Source: Octopus sinensis
Taxonomy: Eukaryota
Direction: 5' to 3'
NCBI RefSeq assembly: GCF_006345805.1
Contig: NC_043017.1
Location: 9,734,001 to 9,798,000 of the forward strand
Length of the DNA: 64,000 nt
The notes beneath the pieces are model-generated. The model was given only the letters and a program-made list of their open reading frames with translations. It was not told the origin of the DNA and made no database searches. The position numbers and the translations under genes are program-made. Positions within the stretch are counted from its first letter, which is position 1, and each line of letters opens with the position of its first letter. This document shows, one piece after another, positions 39,370 to 51,099 of this stretch.

Positions 39370-40262
39370 TATCTTTTGACTTGTTTCAGTCAGTAGACTG
39401 TGACCATGCTGGAGCACTGCTCTGAGAGATTAAGTTGAACAAATCAACCTCAAATTTTTTTGAAAGCCTATTGTTCTCTTTTGCCAAACCACTGACAAGG
39501 ACATAAACTAATCAACACCGGGTGTCAAGCAGTTATGGAACACACACACACACACGCAACAGGTTTCTTTCAGTTTCTGTCTTCAAATCCACTCACAAGG
39601 CTTTGCTTGACCTGAGGCTATAGTAGCCCAAGGTGCTACACTGTGGGATTGAACCTAAGACCACATGGTTAGAAGCAGTGTATCTATGGTGTTCTTGTGA
39701 TCTGACGAGTTAGCTTTCCTTATTTACATCAATTTGTGAATATACAATTTTATTGTATAATGCTGAGTGTACATATTGATGAAATCATGAATGTATAACT
39801 TCACATGCTGGAATTAACAATACTACATGAAAAAAAGTTACGAAACAGCTGTAATCATACAGAAGTCATATTGGATAAATGAATTTCTATCCAATTCGCA
39901 TAGCTCCTGATTTTATATCTTTTGGTAGTTTCAATCATTAAACTGTGGCCATGCTGGGGCACTGCCTTAAAGAAGCTTAGTTGAATGAGTCAAACCCAGT
40001 ACTTTCTGTTTTAAGCTTGGTACCTATCCTATAAGTTACAGGGATGTAAATATACCAACACTGGTCGCTAAGCGGTATTGGGGACAAATACAAAGACCCA
40101 CACACACACACATATATGATGGGCTTCTTTCAGTTTCCTTCTAGCAAATCCTCTCACAAGGTTCTGATTGGTCCAAAGCTATAGTAGAACATACTATGCC
40201 ATGCTGTGGAACTGAACTCATAACCATATGGTTGGGAAGCAAACTTCTTACCACACAGCTAT
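39370..40262 (-). mobile_element. Two diverged SINE family A copies (about 39370-39680 and 39930-40262)
   Basis: Family A motifs in minus orientation. Confidence 0.7.
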
Positions 40263-40277
40263 GCCGATATTTATATA

Positions 40278-40530
40278 TCTATTATATAAAATCCATTCTG
40301 TCTGTGTGTGTGTCTTTTAGGATCTCCGGCATCCTCCATCTGATTGCGCTTAAATTTGATATGTAGATACCGACGGTATCAGGGCGTGTATAAGTCTTGA
40401 AAAAATTACAAAAATCGATTCCAGATGAGAATGCGATCGATAAAGCCGTGGGAATGTGCATTTGTAAAATCGTTTTTCTTGGAATAGAGAAAAAGTCTAT
40501 CTTTATTTCTTCTTTTGCTGGTGTCTCAAA
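40278..40530 (+). mobile_element. Helitron-like 5' fragment
   Basis: A|TCTATTATATAAAA start, then a ctgtctgtgtgtgtc tract and aaatttgatatgtagat; no clear 3' CTAG end. Confidence 0.45.
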
Positions 40531-40653
40531 TTTAGGTTAAGTCAGTGTTTCTCAAAGGGGAGGCCTATGGGACGGTCGGACAACTTGTTTTGAGAAAATT
40601 TGGTTTAAATCTTTGACAACTCAGCACCGTCCATTGGATGGGGAGGTGTTTTG

Positions 40654-40700
<47 letters not shown>

Positions 40701-40704
<4 letters not shown>

Positions 40705-41103
40705 TGAGTGGCTGTGTGATAAGAAGCTTGCTTCCCAACCACATGGTTCCAGGTTCAGTCCCACTACATGCCACCTTGGACAAGTGTCTTCTGTTATAGC
40801 CTTATGAGTAGATTTGGTAGATGGAAACTGAAAGAAGCCCGTCATATTTATATATGTCTATGTGTATATGTCTTTGTGTTTCTCCCACCATCACTGCTTG
40901 ACAACCGGTGTTCTTTTGTTTATGTCCCTGTGACTTACCAGTTCGGCAAAAGAGTTCAATAGAATAAGCACCAGGCTTAAAAGGATTAAAAAAAAAAAGG
41001 TACTGGGGCCAGTTAATTCGGCTAAAAAATTCTCCATGGTGGTGGTGGTGCCCCAGCCTGGCCACAGTCTAATAATGACTGAAACAAGTAAAAGATAAAA
41101 GAT
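40701..41103 (+). mobile_element. SINE family A, MVB12 intron 1
   Basis: Head gagtggctgtgtg through tail gaaacaagtaaaagataaaaga. Confidence 0.82.
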
Positions 41104-41173
41104 GAGATTTGTTACTGTTTTCTCTCTGCTGCAATCTAACTCTCTCTCTTTCTCTCTCTCTCTCCGTCTGTAG

Positions 41174-41281
41174 CTTGATCGAACCGAAGATGGCAAAGAT
41201 GATGCTGATTTATGGCGAGACAGTTTATTTGGACGACGCTACTACCGTTACATCTGCTACAAGAAATGTAATCCAATGCCT
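41174..41281 (+). CDS. MVB12: MVB12 coding exon 2 (LDRTEDGKDDADLWRDSLFGRRYYRYICYKKCNPMP)
   Basis: ctgtag acceptor, CCT|gtaagt donor, 108 bp, phase 0/0. DADLW-D-LF and RY-C motifs are typical of the MABP domain. Confidence 0.93.
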
Positions 41282-41381
41282 GTAAGTCGATGCCTTCGCT
41301 TTCTTCACGGTTGTCAACAACAACAAAGACCATTTTCTTTTGTCTTCAGCAGCAAATCTTCCAGCAGACATCTTCCGCCTC

Positions 41382-41487
<106 letters not shown>

Positions 41488-42704
41488 GATTTTCTCTCAC
41501 TTTTTTTTAAAACTTTTATCTTTTTATTTTTTATTTTGTTTCTTTGTCTATGATCTTGTTTTTTTTATAATTTTTTTTTCTTTCTTATTTTCTGTTATTT
41601 AGTAAATTCTGTGTAAAGACTTATGTTTTTTTTTTTCTTCTTTCTTTGGCTATTTTCGAGACAAAATGGACATCACAATGAGAAAGTTTATAAAGAAGGA
41701 AGAGGAGGGTGGTGGTGGGGAAAATGATAAATTAATTAAATAAGATGCTGTGACTCAGGATGTGAAAGTGTCTGGAATGGGGGTGGGTGGGTAAGTTGAA
41801 GGCTGCCTGGGGGGTGGGGGTGGAGGAGGGTGAATGAAGATGTGTGCATGAGAGAGGATGTACGTGTGTACAAGGCCATACACACACACACGAGTTTGTA
41901 TGTGAGTGTGTGAATGAGGATGGCTGTATGTGTACAAGTGTGTGTGTATGAGTTTATATATGAATGAATAATGGTGTTTGTGTGAGGGTGTGTGAATGTA
42001 TTTGTATGTGAATCTCTATTGAGGGTATGTATATGAGTATGTTTGAATGCGTGAGTGTGTGTGTGTGTGGTAAAGTGGCAGTATCTAGGAATCTCTTTCT
42101 CTGTCTTTCTGTCTGTCTCTCTCAATACAGTTGCAGACTTCTCTTGAACCAGGATGTAATATTTGGCAGTGACTGACTCCACCATTTAAAGTTTCTTGAA
42201 ACCATTTGTCAAACTTTCTCATGTTAAGTTGTGAACCGTTATGTTCAGAGTTCAAATCATGCCAGGCATTTGCCATTCAGCCTTCCAAGGGGGGATAAAA
42301 CAAAGTGTCAGTCAATTAGTGAAATCAATTAGGGTTCGCAGGATGCATCATCGTCAGAGTATCAGTCAAACTTCCTTGTGTTAAGTTGCAAACCTTTACA
42401 TTCTGAGTTCAAATCCCATCAAAGCAGAGTTTTACTCCGACTCTCATCCTTCCAAAGGTGATGAAATGAAGAGCCAATTAAGTTTTGGATTCAATTAGTC
42501 TTCCCATAATGCATCATTCTGACAGTATTGATCAAACTTCCTTGTGTTTAGTTGCAAACTTTTACATTCTGAGTTCAAATTTTGCTGGCTTTTATTTCAT
42601 CCTCTGTCATTCCAGGGGTGATTTTAGTGCCAGTCAAGTAATGGAGTAGATTATCATCATGAATCCAAGACAGGAATGCAATTAGAATTCATGACTCCAC
42701 AGAT

Positions 42705-42900
42705 CTACTCTGCACCCCATGGGGTCCAGCTCTGTACTCCATGATCCAGCTCTGCACCCCATGACCCCGCTCTGCACCACACAGCCCTGCTCTCCATCCC
42801 CTGGGCCCCACTCTACTCCACTTCACAGACCCCAGCTCTCCACTCTGCACCCTGCAGGCCCACTGTCCAGTCCATGGCTCCACTCTCCACTCCACAATCC
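42705..42900. repeat. Degenerate ~21-bp GC-rich minisatellite (CCAGCTCTGCACCCCATGA)
   Basis: About 9 diverged units. Confidence 0.65.
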
Positions 42901-43048
42901 TCGTCTTGGTTCAACAGTCTGCTTGTAAATTTGCTCATCTTGTCTCACTATTAATCATTAGTCTGCCTTAGTCGATGTGATTGATTTTTTCGAATGTTAG
43001 CTATTGTTTTATACTTTAATTTGTTTTTTTCTTCTTTTTATTTCTCAG

Positions 43049-43139
43049 GACGATGACGTCCTGGTAGATGTGGCCATAATTAACGACAAAGACTCCGTAC
43101 CTGCTGGCTTCACAGTGCTTGAATATACAGAAGATACAC
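43049..43139 (+). CDS. MVB12: MVB12 coding exon 3 (DDDVLVDVAIINDKDSVPAGFTVLEYTEDT)
   Basis: tttctcag acceptor, C|gtgagt donor, 91 bp, phase 0/1. VLVD...KD..P.GF MABP motif. Confidence 0.95.
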
Positions 43140-43392
43140 GTGAGTACTGGCGAAAATCTCTTTCAGTTTCTTGTTTGTTGAAGCAGAGTGGCCAAGTGGA
43201 TCATCTGTTGCAAGCTAAGAAAGAAAAGTGCATCCATCGAGAAGCTGCCTTCCCTCCTGACTAAAAGATATCAAAAAAAATTCCTCCACCCCTTGGGTTT
43301 TCTTAGCAACCATCACATTACTTAATGTTGTAATTTATGAAAAGTCTTCTCCAAGTCAGTGAACGATAGGCACAGTGGTTTGTGTGTATACA

Positions 43393-43438
<46 letters not shown>

Positions 43439-43787
43439 CGTGTTTGTACGTGTATATGTGTGTGTGTGTCTCCATGTCTTCACATGATGCAGTAGTGGTC
43501 AACAAGCAGCTCCATCATGCAAGCAATCTTGTATCTTTCCAATCCTCCCTGAAAAAGATGTTTGATCATGCAGAAATTCCTCCACCCCTTGGATACGGGT
43601 GAAGGTTGGCAACAGGAAAGGCATCCAGCCGTAGAAAATCTGCTTCAATAAAACCCTGTCTGACCCATGCAGGCACAGAATGGTGGACATTAGACTAAAG
43701 ACATTGATATTCTAAAAATTCATTTACTTTTTATTTTAATCCACATTTTTTGTTTTAACCTGAAAATTCTTTTATTGGTATTTCTAG

Positions 43788-43920
43788 ATGAGAAATCTCT
43801 GAAGAAAAAAAGCCTCTGTTTTCGGTGGATGAGCTATCGTCTGACTAATGCCGCTATATCCAAACTGATCCTTTTAAGTAAATCCATGCGCAGACCTCCC
43901 TCTGGTTACACCGTTATCGG
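43788..43920 (+). CDS. MVB12: MVB12 coding exon 4 (HEKSLKKKSLCFRWMSYRLTNAAISKLILLSKSMRRPPSGYTVIG)
   Basis: tttctag acceptor, GG|gtcagt donor, 133 bp, phase 1/2. KK.LC...AI...PP.YT.IG motif. Confidence 0.93.
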
Positions 43921-44121
43921 GTCAGTAACTTCTTTTAAATAGTCTTTTTACATGTCTGCTTCTTCCTCTTCTTTTATTATTATTATTATTATTGTTTATT
44001 TTTTTTGTCCCAATACATTTTGTTTCCATTGTTGTTTTCAGAGCTGATACATCAATATATACAAACTTATATATACACACACACAGACACATATATGTAG
44101 GTGCTTGTGCACACATGCACA

Positions 44122-44173
<52 letters not shown>

Positions 44174-44174
<1 letters not shown>

Positions 44175-44566
44175 CTTTATCTTTTACTTGTTTCAGTCAT
44201 TAGACTGCGGCCATGCTGGGGCAAAGCCTTGAGTTTTTAGTTGAATGAATTGACCCCAGTACTTATTTTTAAGCCTGGTACTTATTCTGTCGGACTCTTT
44301 TGCCGAACTGCTAAGTTAAGGGATGTAAACACACCAACACCAATTGTCAAGCGCTGATGAGGGAACTAACACAAACACAAAGACAGACATATATATATAT
44401 ATATGTATATATATGCGACAGGTTTCTTTCAGTTTCCATCTACGAAATCCACTGACAAGGATTTGGTCAGCCCAACTCTATACTAGAAGACACTTCCCAA
44501 GGTGCCATGCAGTCAGATTGAACCTGGAGCCATGTGGTTGGGAGGCAAACTTCTTACCACTCAGCC
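44174..44566 (-). mobile_element. SINE family A, MVB12 intron 4
   Basis: Reverse-complement full-length copy. Confidence 0.82.
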
Positions 44567-44833
44567 AATATATTGAAGTTGGTTGCTGCAGCTTTCTCTC
44601 GATCAGCACACTATTTCCTGCAGAAGAAAGGTCCGGAACCAAACCAACTGAAGAAAGCCATCAAGGAAATAAGAAGAGCAGCTGAAATGTACTGAAGATG
44701 GTTGTGGTTTATAGGGGGCTGCAAGTGGAACCCTTCCAGAGGTGAAGACTAGCTCAGTTCTTGCTGCCCCATTCAGATGAAGCATACAGGCTAAGGGATG
44801 AAACACTTGTGACCCTGAGACATATATATATAT

Positions 44834-45012
44834 CAGGGCTTTTCAACCTTTTTGCTGGAGCGGAACCCCAAGGAAACATTCTACTGGCTCGAGGAACCCC
44901 TGTGCAATAATTTAATTGTTTTATGCACACATATCTACACAGGAGAATTAAAAATTACTGTTGATTTTAGAATTTTTGTAACTTCTTGCGGAACCCTGGT
45001 TGAAAACCACTG
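44834..45012. mobile_element. hAT (Charlie-like) MITE
   Basis: TIRs CAGGGCTTTTCAACC and GGTTGAAAACCACTG, within ATATATAT (8-bp TSD-compatible). Confidence 0.78.
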
Positions 45013-45056
<44 letters not shown>

Positions 45057-45864
45057 TAGATAGATATAGACACATACATATACACACACACACACGCACA
45101 AACACACTCAATGGGCTTCTTTCAGTTTCTGTCCACCAAATCCAAGATCTTGGTTGGTCTAAGATTCTAGTAACAGAAACTTGCCCAAAAGTTGCCATGG
45201 AGTGGAACTGAGCCTGGAACCATGGAATTGGAAGGCAAATTTTTTTACCACACAGCCACGCCTACACCTGATATGTTTATGACGTTATTTCTACCATGAA
45301 AAAGAATATATGGTGGCACGTAAAAAATACCCACTACACTCTCGGAGTGGTTGACGTTAGGAAGGGTATCCAGCTATAGAAACTCTGCCAGATCAAGATT
45401 GGAGCCTGGTGCAGCCATCTGGTTTGCCAGCCCTCAGTCAAAATCGTCCAACCCATGCTAGCATGGAAAGCGAACGTTAAACGATGATGATGATATATAT
45501 ATATCATGGGCCCACATACAGCTTAATGCCACGGGTTGCCTATTCATGTTCTCAAGTGTCTTCAACTTTTTCTCTCTCCCATCCTCTGCGCTTGCACACA
45601 CACACACACACACACACACATTTCATTCATTCAGACTTTAATAATAATCTAAGGGAAATAATTTGTGTTGAGAAACTTTTTTTGACAACATTCAGTAAAT
45701 TTTTCATTTTGTCTCAATTCTTAACTGTTATTGTTTTAATAACATTTCTGTTCCCCATTGAGACTCTTTTATAGTTTATTACTAAATGGCATTGTGAAAA
45801 ACCATGCACATCACAACTTTGTTTTATTTATTTATTAATTAATCTATTGAGTATATATTAATCG

Positions 45865-46114
45865 TATATAACGGGAAGGTTTACGAAAATAAACAAAAGA
45901 CGAAGGGAGGTGGAGTACAAACAAACAAATGTATTAGTATGGCACTCAGGAATAGAAATAGAACAAGTCTTTTACGTTTCGAGCCTAAGCTCTTTGACAG
46001 AAAGATACACAGAAAAGAAACAAGGAGAGCCAATGGAGAGGTAAGAGTTGGTAGTGGTAGAATATAGGATAAAAGTGAGACCATGTGAGTGCGTGATATA
46101 TAACGGGAAGGTTT
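45865..46114 (-). mobile_element. Penelope-like pseudo-LTR fragment with 18-bp terminal direct repeat and hammerhead-like motif
   Basis: TATATAACGGGAAGGTTT at 45865-45882 and 46097-46114; internal minus-strand GAGC-ttag-GCTC-GAAACGTA motif. The Penelope assignment is inference. Confidence 0.5.
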
Positions 46115-46247
46115 GTGTGTGTGTGTGTGTGTGTATACATACACATATCATTGATGCCTGTGAGGGTGCATGGCTCAATGGTTAGGGCATTGCACTCAGG
46201 ATTAAGCGATTGTGGTTTCAATTCCTAGACTGGGTAGTGCATTGTGT

Positions 46248-46636
46248 AGTGGAGGCGCAATGGCCCAGTGGTTAGGGCAGCGGACTCGCGGTCGTAGGAT
46301 CGCAGTTTCGATTCCCAGACCGGGCGTTGTGAGTGTTTATTCAGCGAAAACACCTAAAGCTCCACGAGGCTCCGGCAGGGATGGTGGTGATCCCTGCTGT
46401 ACTCTTTCACCACAACTTTCTCTCACTCTTTCTTCCTGTTTCTGTTGTACCTGTACTTCAAAGGGCCGGCCTTGTCACTCTCTGTGTCACGCTGAATATC
46501 CCCGAGAACTACGTTAAGGGTACACGTGTCTGTGGGGTGCTCAGCCACTTACACGTTAATTTCACGAGCAGGCTGTTCCATTGGTCGGATCAACCGGAAC
46601 CCTCGTCGTCGTAACCGACGGAGTGCTTCCACCATC
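46248..46636 (+). mobile_element. SINE family D (tRNA-derived head GGAGGCGCAATGGCCCAGTGGTTAGGG) nested in an older related SINE
   Basis: 12-bp TSD AGTGCATTGTGT at 46236-46247 and 46637-46648; the host SINE continues on both sides (46165-46790). Confidence 0.88.
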
Positions 46637-47131
46637 AGTGCATTGTGTTCTTAAGCAAGACCCTCCATTTCATGTTGCTCTGCAATCACTTTGACCCCTG
46701 ATGTGCGGCACACTGTGCACCTGTTCAGACAATGTCGATTGGATGGAGAGAGTGAGCTAATGTCCAGCTCCTACATTTGGTCACTTTAAAACAAATCCTA
46801 TGACACGATGGACTCTCCCATCAAAGACATCGTCTGAACATTCATCTTTTGCCGAATGACCTCCACAAAGTTTTTAGCCGCATAGCCATGCCTGTGCATA
46901 TTATTCTTAATAAAAGTTGTCAATCCTAACTGAGCATGCCTATGATCTAAGACATTCCAACCATGACCATCTTTTATTTGTAAGCATATTTATGATTATA
47001 TCATTCAATACATTTTGTGGGGGTGGGTTATTGTATGTTATTTGAGGGTGATTTGTTTGCTATTTTCAGCAGGGTAGTGGCTCCCTCTATTGTTGTTGTT
47101 TTTAATTTCTCTCTCTTTTCTCATTTTCCAG

Positions 47132-47263
47132 AGATATTAACAACATGCTGCTGTGTTTCAAGATGGTCAGCCTGGCCAAAACAAACATGAATTATTCTCG
47201 GTCAAATGAAATCTCTTCCCATCACGTACTGACCGCAACCACCTCACAGTCAAGATTATGCTT
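47132..47263 (+). CDS. MVB12: MVB12 coding exon 5 (DINNMLLCFKMVSL...SRLC)
   Basis: ttttccag acceptor continues G-D-I-N-N-M (end of MABP). TT|gtacgt donor is phase 2 and matches the next exon. The 3' boundary is less certain (in-frame alternative at 47200). Confidence 0.82.
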
Positions 47264-47631
47264 GTACGTCATCTCTCCTCGTTTCTGACTTAATTTCTTG
47301 CTCAAATGCACCCTATAACCACCACCACCACCACCACCACTTCTACCACCCCCACCATCACCGCAATCACCAACGTAAGCAGGTACCAGTCATGTGCTGG
47401 GATTGATTCAACCAACTACAGCTTCACTTTGTTTATTTTGTATTACAGTATGTGAACAATAATGTTGTTGGTTACCCGTAACCAACAAGTTAATCACTGG
47501 TTCACCGCATTTATGACAGCTAGACTGCTAATGGAGTGTCTGTGACCCAGTCCAGAACAAACAGTTCAAGGAGCTTAATTTAAGTTTCAACTTTTGTCTT
47601 TCACCAATATACATTGATAAATGGTATACAA

Positions 47632-47862
47632 GGCGGCGAGCTGGCAGAAACGTTAGCACGCCGGGCGAAATGCGTAACTGTATTTTGTCTGCCGTTACGT
47701 TCTGAGTTCAAATTCCGCCGAGGTCGATTTTGCCTTTCATCTTTTCGGGGTCGATTAAATAAATACCAGTTACGCACTGGGGTCGATATAATCGACTTAA
47801 TCCGTTTGTCTGTCCTTGGTTGTCCTCTCTGTGTTTAGCCCCTTGTGGGTAGTAAAGAAATA
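47632..47862 (+). mobile_element. SINE family B with 8-bp TSD
   Basis: GGTATACA at 47623-47630 and 47863-47870. Confidence 0.88.
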
Positions 47863-48550
47863 GGTATACATGAATGTTAAAAACTATTTTGTTAACAGAA
47901 AACTGTGGACTTTCTCTGCGGTGCATTGATGACGGTGAACTTAGTGGACACAAGCTCAAATGATGGGCTAATTACGTCACCATGTTGCAAGCTACATGGT
48001 GGCCTCAGTAATGCTGGTACCATGGGAAAGAAAGCACCCAGTATAGAAACCCTGCCAAAGCAGTCCTCCAACCTGTTGGGTCCTGTCAAACCATCCAGCC
48101 CATGCCAGCAGCGAGGACAAACATGGAAAGATGATGAAGCAGAGGATAACGAGTTTTCACTTGGTTTCCATCTTCCAAAATCTCCTCAGAAAATATTGGT
48201 CACTAGCACTATGACCCGGCAACGCCTGGTCATAGTGCTAGTGCATGCATATACAACTGCATGCGTGCGCACATACACGCGAGTACTGTCCAAATCTCCG
48301 ACCAATCACATACAGCTAGCTGGCATTCAATTGGCATATCAAGTTTCGGGCATTTTGATGGGGTTTTGGATAGAAAATTCCCCAAAAAAGTAACTTCTTT
48401 TGATTTTTTAATGGCTTTGCGGGGTGACTGGGGAAATGTAAAGATGTGCACAACCACCCTTGGACGGTTTTGAATGACCATAGAACGTACGAGCCCTCTA
48501 ACTGAAAAATTGTGGATTTGTATAAAAGACACACACACACGGACATTTTG

Positions 48551-48765
48551 CAGTTAGCACGCTGGGCGAAATGTGTAGCCGTATTTCGTCTGCCGTTACG
48601 TTCTGGGTTCAAATTCCGCCAAGGTCGACTTTGCCTTTCATCCTTTCGGGGTCGATAAATTAAGTACCAGTTACGCACTGGGGTCGATGTAATTGACTTA
48701 ATCCATTTGTCTGTCCTTGTTTGTCCCCTCTGTGTTTAGCCCCTTGTGGGTAGTAAAGAAATATA
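48551..48765 (+). mobile_element. SINE family B (5' truncated)
   Basis: Core and tail match. Confidence 0.82.
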
Positions 48766-48868
48766 TATATAGAGAGATTCTAGTGATACTTTGATGCTGT
48801 TGTTGTTGTTGCACCAATTCTATAAATTGTTGTTCTTATTGTTGTTGTCTTCTTTTTTTTTTCCTCAG

Positions 48869-48993
48869 AACACCAGTAGAAAATGCTTTGCCTTATGTGA
48901 TGAACCCAACAATGGCAGCAAGCAACCCCAATTTATCTTCATATAGTTCTTCTGAAGACAATATTTCAAGACTAGTTACTAATACAAAATCAC
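48869..48993 (+). CDS. MVB12: MVB12 coding exon 6 (TPVENALPYVMNPTMAASNPNLSS...TNTKS), Ser-rich linker
   Basis: ttttttcctcag acceptor, C|gtaagt donor, 125 bp, phase 2/1 fits both neighbours. Confidence 0.82.
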
Positions 48994-49287
48994 GTAAGTA
49001 CAGCAAGAAACCCCTATTTGTGTGTGTGTGTGGTTCGGTTGTTGCGCTCATGATTGTGGTTTTGATTCCTAAATTGAGCAAAGCATTATGTTCTTGAGCA
49101 AGACGCTTCATTTCACATTGCTCCAGTCCGTTCAGCTGGTAAAAAAGAGTAATCCTGCGACAGACTGGCATCCTGTCCAGGGGAAGAATATACCACAGAA
49201 TCCAAGAAACTAGCCTTATGAGCCTCTGGTATGGGAAGGACCTTTGATCTCTTTTTTTTTTTTCTTTTTTATATATATATATATATA

Positions 49288-49658
49288 GACGCAGGAGTGG
49301 CTGTGTGGTAAGTAGCTTGCTTACCAACTACATGGTCATGGGTTCAGTCCCACTGCATGGCACCTTGGGAAAGTGTCTTCTACTATAGCCTCGGGCCGAC
49401 CAAAGCCTTGTGAGTGGATTTGGTAGACGGAAACTGGAAGAAGCCCATCGTATGTGTGTTGGTGTATGTTTGTGTGTGTCCCCCCATCATCGCTTGACAA
49501 CTTATGCTGGTGTGTTTATGTCCCCATAATTTAGCGGTTCAGCAAAAGAGACCGATAGAATAAGTACTAGGCTTACAAAGCTCTGGGGTCAATTTGCTCA
49601 AGTAAGGCGGTGCTCCAGCATGGCCACAGTCAAATGACTGAAACAAGTAAAAGAATAA
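49288..49658 (+). mobile_element. SINE family A
   Basis: Full head-to-tail match. Confidence 0.85.
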
Positions 49659-49770
49659 CAATAATAGCTTTTTTTTTTTTGTTGTTTTCGTTTAATTTTT
49701 TCTTTTCTTTTTTTTTTCCCCATCCCCTTCTGTGAAACTGTCCTTATGTTGTTGTTTTTTTCTCTTTTAG

Positions 49771-49832
49771 CGTTGACTGATATTCCTTGGCAATTGAATC
49801 CAAAATTAGAGAAAGCCAGCCGCCTACAGAAC
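49771..49832 (+). CDS. MVB12: MVB12 coding exon 7 (PLTDIPWQLNPKLEKASRLQN), start of UMA domain
   Basis: ctcttttag acceptor, AAC|gtaagt donor, 62 bp, phase 1/0. Resembles the UMA 'DGVPF' motif. Confidence 0.88.
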
Positions 49833-50204
49833 GTAAGTTGATGTTCTTTTCTCTTTTGTTTGTTTTTTTTTAGCCTCCAACCCCAATCAAGCACACCAAC
49901 CTGTGATCAAATACCTTCTAACACTGACCATCCCTCCTGTCATTTTTGTGTAAAACAGAGTATGTTGCCAAATGTGTTTGCACCATTGTGGCCGTTGCCA
50001 GCCTCGTCTGGCACCTGTGCAGGTGGCACGTAAAAAGCACCATCCGATCGTGGCTGTTGCCAGCCTCGTCTGGCACCTGTGCAGGTGGCACGTAAAAAGC
50101 ACCCACTATACTCACGGAGTGCCAAATTAGTAATGACGATGTGATTTTATTAAACTCCGTTATTTTCAAAATTAAATGAAACAAAGCAATGTATTTCAAC
50201 AGAA

Positions 50205-50575
50205 ATCATCATCGTTTAACGTCCGCTTTCCATGCTAGCATGGGTTGGATGATTTGACTGAGGGCTGGCGAACCAGATGGCTGCACCAGGCTCCAGTCTT
50301 GATCTGGCAGAGTTTCTACAACTGGATGCCCTTCGTAACACCAACCACTCCGAGAGTGTAGTGGGTGCTTTTACGTGCTACCGGCACAGGGCCAGTTAGG
50401 CAGTACTGGCAACGATCTCACTCGAATCTTTTTACACATGCCACCGGCACAGGAGCCAGTAAGGCAAAGCCGGTAACGATCCCATTCGAATGGTGCCTTT
50501 TACGTGCCACCAGCACGGAAGCCAGTTAGCCGCTCTGGCAACGATCACGCTCGGATGGTGCTCTTTGTACCCCGC
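50205..50575 (-). mobile_element. Family C element with tandem 5' units
   Basis: catcatcatcgtttaacgtcc tail, core, then repeated ttttacgtgccaccggcac units. Confidence 0.8.
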
Positions 50576-50891
50576 TATCAAAATTTGATGCTAATTTATG
50601 TTCCAAACACCAGATTAATTAATGACAGTTATTTTGCCAAATTCTTCATTATTTTCATAATTAATTGAAACAAGGGAAATGTGTTTTAACAGAAAAATAG
50701 TAAAAAAAAAAAGGGTTTAAAAAAAATAGAAGAGAAGGTTGTTTAAAATATAACAGAATTTGATTTGTAATTTGTGGGTGCATGCATGTATAATTGATGA
50801 TTTTAATTAGTAAAATTGTATATTTTTTTAATTGAAGCACAGATGATTAATGTTTTTTTATTATTTTTCTTTAAAATTTCTTTCGTTGCAG

Positions 50892-50942
50892 GTTGTAATT
50901 CCAAAATTTGTTTGTAAAACAATGAAAGATTTAGATCAACAG
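50892..50942 (+). CDS. MVB12: MVB12 coding exon 8 (VVIPKFVCKTMKDLDQQ)
   Basis: gttgcag acceptor, CAG|gtaagt donor, 51 bp, phase 0/0. Matches the UMA 'IKSLAEIEKE' region. Confidence 0.88.
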
Positions 50943-51099
50943 GTAAGTGTCTTGCAGGAATTCCTACAAAGTCCCTCATCATTATCGTCATCTGTTATGT
51001 CCTCCTTCTCTCTTTTAAATTCTTTCTCTTCTTTATCTCCTTGTTTTCTGTTTTATTCAGTTTTTCCTTTTCTATTGTCTTCCCCATAATAATGGTAAT

